A stretch of 64,000 bases of DNA from Tubiluchus corallicola (taxonomy: Eukaryota; Animalia; Priapulida): contig JAQGDQ010000012.1 of assembly GCA_030141605.1 (NCBI GenBank), forward strand, positions 558,001 to 622,000, read 5' to 3'. The notes under the pieces were generated by a model. That model had not been told where the DNA came from and made no database searches. It saw nothing but the letters and a program-made list of their open reading frames with translations. Below are positions 54,130 through 64,000 of the stretch, one piece after another. The translations under genes and the position numbers were made by a program. Position 1 is the first letter of the stretch, and each line of letters starts with the position of its first letter.

Positions 54130-55292
54130 AAACAACTTGCATATTTTTAACCCATGACCCAAGGGTCAAAGATCAACCAATCTCCTGCCAATTTATACTG
54201 GTATACTAATCAACTAATCTCATCGAGATCTTGCATTTGAGATTCGACCCCTATTTTGCCCCTAGTAGGGTCAAAGAACAACCAATATCGGCGTAACTAC
54301 CATTTAATTTATCTCATTGGGACCCTCCATTTAATATCCTACAAGCCACTTATTCTTCAAAACAGGAAAAACATCTGTGGCAATGCATTTTGAGATTTTG
54401 GCCCATAACGGAAAATTTCTTCACTATTCAAGTCACCAATATTCAGCTATACATAAGAACTTACCAAAAATGGTGGCTCTGGCACAAAAGCTATAGGAGG
54501 AGACAGAGCCCAATGAAAAACTGAGATGTATCTACTACCGTTGACCTTCTCACCCAAGGTCATCTGTTCAGTATTTCATTGTCTGAGTTCATGTCCCAGG
54601 TACCTGGCTTCCAAGTTTCGTAACTGCAGTTTGTTTACTTCACCAGGTATTAACAAAACCCTGTTTTGACACCTGCTCACGTCACCCGTACCTTCTGAAA
54701 AATACTTAGTGCACATCTACCTTTACTCAAGTGGCTATCCACAGATGCAAAAACATATAGACTTCTAGTCCATTACTGTAAAAGGAGCTGAGTGTCACAA
54801 AGTCAATTGCTTATTTTTCACATTTTGGCTCATGTCGCTGAGGCCTTTGACCTATGTGGCATCTTTCCTATACCATTCTCTGAGAATCTATTTCAGGTGT
54901 ATACCCTGCAAGTTTCATGATTCTAGCTCTTATGTACTTATGGACGACGTTTTCTGATTTTACTCCTATCACAGTCCCTTAAATCCCCTTGTGTACAATA
55001 CATGTACCCTGCTATATCTATAAGGCTAAGAGCAGATGCGAACTAATGCCAATTGCCCTAATTTTCAGACTTTGGCTCCTATCTTGGGCCCTTAAAAAGA
55101 TTCTCAGCTTTTTACAACTCCAGTTGCACATCTACTGAACAGTACCTAAATGCGAAAAAAATAAACACAAAATGTCGTAGGAGGAGTTGCGACCTATTTC
55201 AAAAATTGACCGGTGCCCACTGTCCCTGCTCTCTTCATCAGAGGTCAACACGGCTATGCGAGTTTCGTGACCCCAACTTGCAAGCCTAACAA
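54130..55292. mobile_element. Old non-autonomous element with diverged internal repeats
   Basis: AGGGTCAAAGAWCAACCAAT twice; recurring CAAGTTTCRT and CACATCTAC motifs; boundaries uncertain. Confidence 0.3.
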
Positions 55293-55448
55293 TTAAGCAA
55301 ATTATGAGCAAAGAATGGAGAAATAAATAAGAACTGTAGGAGATTCAAGAATATTTTGCTACTGCAAAATTGCGTCTGCTCTTTGCAAAATACAAACTCA
55401 GTTTAATCAATTCCTGGATGAATTAAAAGTTTGCAATAACATATATAA

Positions 55449-55479
<31 letters not shown>

Positions 55480-55512
55480 CTGCGTGCGTGCGTGCGTGCA
55501 TGTGTGTGTATA
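55449..55512. repeat. (TG)n/(TGCG)n microsatellite
   Basis: Directly visible; abuts the mariner insertion. Confidence 0.95.
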
Positions 55513-55514
55513 TA

Positions 55515-55819
55515 CAGAGAGACCCAAAAAGATGCGTACCCATATTTTATTCGATAAAAATATTCCGTTAAATGTACTGCCTGGGTGGCCATGAGCAAGC
55601 ACGGGATCATCGGGCCTTTTTGGTTCGAAGATGATGACGGCCGATCCCAGACAGTCAACAAGGAGCGCTACATAGCTGTTCTGAACAAGTACTGGGCATC
55701 TCTGGGACGCCGGAGAGGGGTTGTGAGAGCTTCACAATGGTTTCAGCAAGACGGGGCCACACCTCATACAGCCAACGAAACTATTGTTTCATGGGTACGT
55801 ATCTTTTTGGGTGACCCTG
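55515..55819 (+). mobile_element. Internally deleted Tc1/mariner transposon (305 bp) retaining a transposase fragment
   Basis: 29-bp TIRs (25/29 match) at 55515-55543 and 55791-55819; TA on both flanks; encodes KCTAWVAMSKHGIIGPFWF...WFQQDGATPHTA (second catalytic Asp motif). Confidence 0.92.
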
Positions 55820-58039
55820 TATATACAAATAGCGTAAGGTGTTGTTTTAGAGACGCACTAATTATTATATTACAAACCAATCAGCGACCGCTGTAGTGAG
55901 AGAGGCATCAATTACACAACAGACGGTAGTCACCGGGGTGCATTGTATGGAAGGAATAAGTATTATGTGAGACTCCGAACAGACTCCAGGTAATTAGAAA
56001 ACGCAATGCACAGTTGCGAAATACACGTTTTTCAATTTACTTTTGAGGTAAAACTGAAAACTTAGGTGCTGATAATAAAGATTTTAATTTTTGAATCATT
56101 CGTTTCAACTTCAATGACTTGTTTATAATAAAATGTGGAGAGTGAGCTATTCCAGAGCACTTTTCCAAGTAAAATGAGCAAGAACAAGAATTTCACTCGT
56201 ATTGCCTCCCCTAGAGCGTAATTCCCATGTGCTGATAATTTATCGCACTCGATGACTCGGTTTTACAAAACACGAAATTAAATAGCAAATTTTTGTCCCG
56301 GGGAAAATGGGAAGCTATTTGTGCGTACGTAAGCAATTTGAGGCGAAACGCGTTTAAATGCGAAAGAAAACACAGAAACGGTAACGCCGTGAACAAGTTG
56401 TTTGGATTGAAACAGTTCGGGTTTATTTTCCTTCTGTTTAGCAGTCATAGATCAACAGCTGGGAGAGTTCACAACTGTGCCAAACTGTCTGCAAGTTTAT
56501 TCGTAAGCGTCAGCAATACAGGGGATGGTGCAATGTTGACTTAGAGACTTGGCTAGTAGTTGGATGAGTGACTGCTACCAATTCTGTTTGGCCACCGTAA
56601 TTACCTATAACAATATGTAACAAAAGGGAAGTCATAATTCACTAGTTTTCGGTAGTCAGCTTGGTAAATATTTGTAAGTCATCCCGTCCTCTTTTATGGC
56701 TTTCTTTAAACTTCAAAACTAAAAAATTATTGCAAAACAAAGAGAAAAGAAGAAATGGGCGACAGCATGAAATAAACTACTCCAACAGCGGTAGTTTGAA
56801 GAAAAAGGCAGAATGATTTAATTCAAGAAAGATTCATCGCAAACATGGCAACACCACAAACAACAACTCCCTTAAGACCTAGACTCACCAACTACCAAGT
56901 TACCATCAAACCCTTTCACAACAGAAGATAAACTCTTTCACAACAAAAGAGCTTTCGTCGAAAGGTTAGGTAATCAGATCGTTAATGCTTACTACAGGAG
57001 TAATTCTTCTATAAAGCATTTTGGCTAAAGCTACCAAAACGCATAAAGGTTTAACTATTGTAGTTTTGCTTCAAGTTTTGTTTCGTGCTTACTATCGAAC
57101 AAATGTGTGCACTCCCACTAGCGGTACCACATTTTCACTTTTTAAGGAATTGCGATTTTTTTCTGGTCCTTAGTGAAACTGGCATAATGGGTCCTCGGTA
57201 TGACGTGTGTTGAGAAACGTTACACGTTAGACACTAGAAACACCAAATGCAACAAAGGTATCGTGGTCAGTACAAACTATGCAAGGTCATGTTTTAAAAT
57301 CTCCAGTAAAAAGCACTCCGTGTTTCGGCAGTCTTCAGTTGGCCGAGCCAGCCAAATCAACGACCCAGGGATTTGTCAAACAAAACGTCGGTAGGCGCTG
57401 GTTCAAAGCCTAACAAGCCATCTCTGACCAACAGCTTATCGCCTTACCAACAAAAACCTGGCCAATATACGAAAAGCAGCTGTATCCGCCATTTTCCCTA
57501 ATTGACTGTAAGCATATTTCGGACGCCAGTTGAACCACAAATTTCTTGTTCAAATAAACTGGTTCACAGCCGAGATTGGGCGTTTAAGCTTGGATACTAC
57601 AGTTTTCTCTATTAACTGGCAAGGATGTCGATAATGAAACCCAGATTCCGAATTCCTGGCATACTTCATATCGTTCGTTACTTGAGAAACTTAAGTTGTT
57701 CGATTGCTATGATCAAAATGTGCCAAAGCTTTTTGGAAATTTCATAGCCAACAGCGTATTAAATTTTACAAAACTGAATCAAACTATTTTCATAATAAAC
57801 TTTTTGAAAAAAGCATTTCGTGGTAAATCAGCTCAGTATTGCTTTGATCTATTTAATATCAGTGCCACAACCATGATCATCAACACTAGTTCAGTCACAA
57901 CTATTACTTTGAAAAATACCAAACATAATTTGGGATTATACCAACTATTAGACATGCATTTGTGGGACAATCATATTGGTAAAAAAGATCCTGCAACCAG
58001 GGCTCTTTCCAATCACATAATGATTGTAAATGTGAATAT

Positions 58040-58304
58040 TGTGCTCATGGGTTCTGGCATTATTTTATCCAATGTTGCCTATCACAGAGATATTGTAATG
58101 CACAAATAAATGTTGAAACTGCAAAGCAGCCAACGTCCCTGTACAAACAGCATCGTTGAGCACTCTTAGCTGTGTCTATGGGTTCTTGCATTATTTTATC
58201 CAATATCACCTGTCACACAGATATATTGTAATGCACATATAAAAGTTGAAGCCTTACTGCAAATTAGCCAATGCCACTATATAAACAGCATGGCTGCTCT
58301 TAGC
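58040..58304. repeat. Diverged approximately 131-bp tandem duplication
   Basis: ATGGGTTCTKGCATTATTTTATCCAAT...ATATTGTAATGCACA...CTCTTAGC occurs twice. Confidence 0.85.
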
Positions 58305-58527
58305 TAACATGACAGTTTAAATGGGATACTTTTTAAACGGAGAAGAAAACATGTGCACGAGAACCAAACTGATAGTGAAAGCTAAATTTAAACAGTTAAA
58401 TGGAACTTCATCTTGTGGGTACCACTACTAAAATGTATACATTTGGATACTAATTGGATACATTGCATGATTAAAACTGACAAATACTGGCAGGTCGAGA
58501 ATGTCACTGCACAATAAAAAATCTTAC

Positions 58528-60781
58528 CTTTATTATCGATTGTAAATCTTCTCATTCCGCTACCATCCCGAATAGAATACATAATGCCATTGGTCCCGTG
58601 GACATCATCCTCATCGATGGCAGTAACAACCATCACCTTTGCTCCAATTGGTTGATTCTCCATTACTTCACCTTCTAATGCAAAATCAGAAAACTGCGGT
58701 GTATACAGATTTTCATTCACATCAACAATCTCAATGATCACTTCTACAGAAGAAGACAATGGTGGGCGGCCCCTGTCTGTAGCACGTACAGTCAGATTGT
58801 AGATTTGCGTTTTTTCAAAATCAAGTTCTTCCCTGACACGTATGACACCTGTAATGGTATCAAGGTCAAACTTCTGTCTATTACCCTGCACTATGCTGTA
58901 TCTAACAGTGCCATCACTTCCCAGATCTGAATCACTAGCTGAAACTGTGCCAATCACAGATCCTACTGGTAAGTCTTCCCTGACTTTCATGTTATAGAGG
59001 GGAAGTAAAAAAGTCGGAACATTATCATTCACATCCAGTAAAATTATAATGACAAGATTTTCGCTCCACAAAGGTTCTGCAGCGGAACTATCAGTGGCTT
59101 TTACGTGCAATTCGTACTTCTCCTGCTTCTCACGATCAAGTTCACCAAACACAGTTATCTCACCAGTACGTGAATCAATGTGAAAGTCGTCAATGTCGGT
59201 TGAAAAACTGTAAGTAATCATAGCATTTTCTCGCTGATCACAGTCAGAGGCAGAGACTTGAACAATGGAAGTACCATTTGTAACAGCTTCAGATATCATT
59301 GCCTCATATATGTATTTGTCAAAAACAGGCATACAGTCATTTACATCTTTAACAACAATTGTCAGAGATCGGTATGCACTTTTTGGAGGCAGTCCTAAAT
59401 CAGAGACTGAAATATTAAGATTATATCTTGAAGTTTTCTCTCTGTTCAAAGCAGACAAAATATGAAGCTCTCCAGTTTCAGGATTAATGTCGAAGCAACT
59501 ATCAATATTGCCATCCGAAATTACATAAACCAATTTGCCATTATAACCCAAATCATTATCATCAGCAGATAGCTGTAAGATGTTACTGCCAACAGGGCTG
59601 TTCTCCATAACCTCAATAACATCGGGTATGGTCGATTTAAACACTGGATAATTTTTGTTAATACCATATCTATCAGGCAAGGTTTCGCCAAACGTTTTTT
59701 GTTCTTCATTATTTTTATTTGACTTAATCATCATTTCAGTAAAAGCAGTCCTAACTCCAGGATCAGCACATTTTATCTTGGTTAGACCATCAGCTAGTTT
59801 ATGGCTGGGATCATTGTCAATGATATCAATTTTTATTACTTCTGCAGGCGAAGTGTGAACTCCATCTGATGCAATGATTCGGACTTCTGTAAACATTTTT
59901 TGTGTTTTCTTCAAGTTGCAGTTTAGCCGAACTATTCCTGTCATTTCATCTACCGTAAAGCAGGTGTCTTGATCAAGAGCATCAACGCCATAACTAACAA
60001 TATCACCTGCATCAAAATCAATTGCTGACATAACTGTGATTTCCGTACCAAGAGGTGCACTCCTAATCACATAACCACTGCAGTTCGCTTTTTCAAAACG
60101 AGGTATATTGTCATTCTGATCTTGCACATTTACTGTTAGCATCAGTTCACTCTCTCGCCGATATGGCATACCCCAGTCAGATGCTCTGACAGCAATTTTG
60201 AACACCTTCCGATTAATCTCAAAATCCAATGGTTTAGTTGAATAAATGCTACCGTTAAAGTGATCAATCACAAAAGGCACTTCATTGAGATTGACAATTC
60301 GGTATGATACATATCCATTTTCTCCTGCATCTTTGTCTTCTGCTTCTACTTGATAAACAAAGGTACCAGTTGGTTCGTTCTCCCTGATATAAGCTACAGG
60401 ATTTGTCCTGGTGAATTTAGGACTATTGTCATTATAATCAAGAACAGTGATGTGAACAGTGGTAGTGTTTTGTTTCCGCATGCCGACATTTCCTTGATCT
60501 TCTGCTTCAACAGTCAATGAATAGGTGGCTTTTGTCTCAAAATCAAGTGGCAGTGCAACGTATATTAGACCAGTTACTGAATTTATTTTGAAGGCAGCAT
60601 TTTCATTTCCACCTATTATTTTATATTTCACATCAGCATTCTTTCCCCAGTCTTGATCATCAGCATGAACTAGTACAACAGAAGTATTCACTAAAACTGT
60701 TTCAAGGACATTCGCTTTGTAGCTACTCTGTTCAAATTGCGGCGAATGATCATTCTGATCCATGAGTTTAACATTCACAAC
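58528..60781 (-). CDS. FAT1: Fat-like cadherin exon 3 (2,254 nt)
   Basis: tgtag/gtaaga, phase 0-1; six to seven cadherin repeats overlapping ORF 58388..60778. Confidence 0.96.
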
Positions 60782-60961
60782 CTACAAAATTAAGATACAT
60801 CCAATTTACATCCATACATCTAAGGCAAAACGTTGGAATAGCAATTCAAGTCTGTTTGACAATTTTATTTAAAATACATCTACTGTAAATACTAACTGCT
60901 TTGAAGTAAATTTAAAAACAACAATAAAGGAAATAAAAGATTAAAAAGGTGCATATAATAC

Positions 60962-61106
60962 CTGTGTGGTACTTCTTGCCGGATAACCATTATCTGTGGC
61001 AAGAAGAGTCAAGTTGTATCCATATGGTGCTGATTCTCGATCTAAAACTTTTATGACTTGAATGTTAAACTCTTTTGGCTGCGTTCCTGGCCGTACAGTG
61101 AATAAC
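60962..61106 (-). CDS. FAT1: Fat-like cadherin exon 2
   Basis: gatag/gtatta, phase 2-0; EFNIQVIKVLDRESAPYGYNLTLLATDNGYP; not in ORF track. Confidence 0.93.
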
Positions 61107-61434
61107 CTATATCAAAAAGGTACAGAAAAGCTGCCATAATTTTTTTTTAAATTTGGTATGTTATTTCGGAGCATATGATGTCACCCCTTCTTTTGTTTGG
61201 TAATAACTGCATAAATAATTCAATAAAACATCGGTATTGGAACTGGCATCCACACAGATTACAAGTAGAGGCAAGATCCAATATTGGAACAGTTGTTTTG
61301 TTAGTTTCACATACAACGGTACATCAATGCTTTACACAGTTTTGTTGAACCATTTTAGAATTTCAGCCCGAAACACAATCCAATAATGTATCAAAATAAT
61401 GACGTCATGGCACGTTCAGACAAGTAACTCACAA

Positions 61435-61668
61435 GCACGTTTAGACTAAAGAGCAAAATTTGCTGTGAGGTATTCTCTGACAGTAACTGTGACACTCTAT
61501 TCTCTATTCACTGCAGGTGTTGAGAGTAACTTGCAGAGTAATTTTACTGGACAGTAGCTCCCAGGAAATCAACTTGCAGCAACTGTCCAAGAGTTTGCAA
61601 TGACTTGCCGACAATGACTCGCATCAGAGAGAAAATTTGTAACAGAAAGCTCGCTAGTCTGAATGCAC
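61435..61668. mobile_element. Degenerate MITE (PIF/Harbinger-like termini)
   Basis: GCACGTTTAGACTA ... TAGTCTGAATGCAC imperfect terminal inverted repeat; family is inference. Confidence 0.35.
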
Positions 61669-61864
61669 AGTTAGTGAACTTCGTATCAGTAATACGTTTA
61701 TAGTATACGTTGATACTGATATAAATGTTATCACTGTTGTTTTTGTGTATTAATTATTAATACATATTAGTATAGATAATTACGATAAGTAAAATAATCT
61801 TACAGTAAATGAAATTGATAAAATGTACTTGGAATGACACAACACATATTACCAAGCAACTTAC

Positions 61865-62025
61865 CTATCTGGATCACCTTCAATGATTTCTAGTGATTTG
61901 ATTTCGCCATGGATGCCTTGGTCCTCATCATATACTTTCACAATAGCATAAATAATACCAGAGCTGCTATGCTCTAATACTGTAGGCAAATGGTCCACTA
62001 GTATTCTTGGCGAATGCAGGTTAGC
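61865..62025 (-). CDS. FAT1: Fat-like cadherin exon 1 of window (not the first exon of the gene)
   Basis: aacag/gtaagt, phase 0-2; ANLHSPRI...YAIVKVYDEDQGIHGEIKSLEIIEGDPD; in-frame TAA shortly upstream of the acceptor; not in ORF track. Confidence 0.92.
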
Positions 62026-62744
62026 CTGTTGAATGAATATTAAAAATTATAATGAACAAAAGTAAGAGGCTGGCAAAGATCGCTGTACTTAACACTTGTT
62101 TTTGATACCATGGAGTTTGGCTGACATTTGGAAAAAAGGAGGTCATGACCAACAATGACAAAAATGTATTTTTATTAAATTTGCAGTTAGAAATGAAAAG
62201 ATCTTCATACAAAGTAGGCCCTAGGGAGGTCCTTTTGCAGTGTATACACATACAGGACTGTGTCTATATTAATGAAATTTGGCAAACTGTGTACCAACCT
62301 ACATGTATATGAAACTCAAACCATCAATTCCAAGCTCATGATAATGTGGCTTCACAGTATTTGCCTTCGGTCGGCAGGCAGTCTAGTTAAACTTTTAATT
62401 AAACCTCAAACTGCTATATAAAATTCAATTATCTGTTACAACCAAACTAATGATAGCGTGTAGCGTGTTTGAGTGTCCGCTTCCATACAATAAAAACAAT
62501 AGTGCAAACTTGAGAGCACTACTGGTCAGATGAACTGGGTAACATGCAAAACAAAGAGAATATATATAAATATATAAATAATTCCCTTCTTTGAATAGTA
62601 AACAATGTAGTTTTCCAACCTTTTTTCAAAGTATGTCATATATATGTTACAGGCAATGTGTAAAATTTAGACTTTGGATAAAATTCCTAGGCATTTCAGA
62701 AGAAGTGAAATATTTTATTTTAACTGCAGTGTTTTCAAAATTTT

Positions 62745-62806
62745 ACCTAGACATTTTGTATAATAGCCAGGACCTAGACATTATGTATGACAGCCAGGAC
62801 CTATAC
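62745..62806. repeat. 27-bp minisatellite, about 2.3 copies
   Basis: ACCTAGACATTWTGTATRAYAGCCAGG repeated. Confidence 0.8.
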
Positions 62807-64000
62807 TTATTGCAAAGAGTGGCTTTGACAGATTATAAAATGAACATAATTCGTGCTACCTCTAACCTTGCCTAGATTTTTTGTACAATACCCAGAACAA
62901 TCTAGTAGTAATGTATTAAACTAAGCAAGGAGCTCAAGTAAATAGGTGAGTTAATTGTTTTACTGGTATCCTAAAAAACTTTTATAGAAAATAAAAATGA
63001 GTGACAGCAAGTAAATAATACAGAACTTAATTGACTTTAGAATAATTAAATGTTGCACAATCGATATACGCCTATCACAAATATGTCAAGCAGTTCACTT
63101 TCTAGCAGCATTAATTTTCCTTCTTGTATACACGGCATTATACGATTGCTTTTCTAAAGGTATTCACATGATTAAACAATTGCTGATATTTTTTGTCACT
63201 TAGAAAAAAGTGTTCATTGCTTTATTTGCCTGCTATTCAATGTAAAATCATTCTTTTTAAATCGTCATGTTTGAAGCAGAACTAGAATGAAAGTACTAAT
63301 GTCTTTGGATCTGGCACGTTCTTTTTCTCAGTTAATGAAATGGGGTCACAAAAAATTTATGTGAAGTGTTTACTGTTATCACGAAATCCGTTTTTTCGTA
63401 AAAATTTAGAATATGCATATTTGGAGCAGATCCATTCATATATTAGAATAAAAGAAACCCCAGCCATGCAACTGGTCAAATCCATTTAATGAGTACCATC
63501 ATTTAATGGCAATATTTGAGGGCCTTATTAGAAAACTGAAAAATTGGGCTCCGTTACGATCTGGGCAATGAGGAATAGCATCCTCTTGGAAAATTTCAGT
63601 CTCCTAAGGATATGACAGATTTCAAAGATAAATGTGACAACAATATCAAGAACAACATAACTAACTTTAAGGATACCATAATTTGTAGGGGATCCAAAAA
63701 CACAACACTTCTACAGCAGGCAGTAGCTGTGAATGAAACAACCAAGCAACCTAACCGTTTGCTTGAAATGTTAGTCACCTATTTTAACACACAAATTTGC
63801 AAGTACATACATAAAGCATGCCTTATTTCACACATTCTCTAGAACAAAATTGGCATTATATAAAATGCATAGGAAAATTTCATCAAAATAATTGATCATT
63901 TGTTTTACTTTCAAGTATATCCAAAACAAAAAAATTACGTGCTTTGCTTAATAAAACTTTTGCATTATATGCCTAGGAAAAGTCTAAAACAAATTATTTT

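Noticed and set aside
57696-58109. 137-aa plus-strand ORF and other short intronic ORFs as nested genes
   Set aside because: Non-ATG start, AT-driven composition, no motifs, and it overlaps a tandem duplication
62026-64000. Further upstream Fat exons or promoter
   Set aside because: No cadherin-like or signal-peptide exon with a phase-0 donor could be found; the gene start appears to lie beyond the window

Overview
Eukaryotic, AT-rich, invertebrate-type genomic DNA. The whole window lies inside one minus-strand gene encoding a giant Fat-like cadherin (FAT1/2/3 - Drosophila kugelei/Fat2 group). I traced 36 GT-AG exons by hand (9,831 nt, 3,277 codons, about 30 cadherin repeats). They join with consistent phase and no stop; both gene ends lie outside the window. 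Most introns are 0.1-0.9 kb, but four are large (3.8, 5.6, 13.2 and 18.5 kb). Two items stand out. (1) A frame-preserving 21-nt microexon (11896-11916), not called on the minus strand by the ORF track, that swaps a conserved cadherin glycine for DPEYNSPC. (2) A 564-bp composite retroposon (52625-53188): a full-length 5S rRNA head fused to RTE-LINE-derived body and tail, with a degenerate target-site duplication, i.e. a candidate 5S-derived SINE (SINE3). Introns also hold an internally deleted Tc1/mariner, a CR1-type LINE 3' fragment, HINE/MITE-like elements (one nested), microsatellites, tandem duplications and candidate cryptic exons. All calls are by eye; no searches were run.
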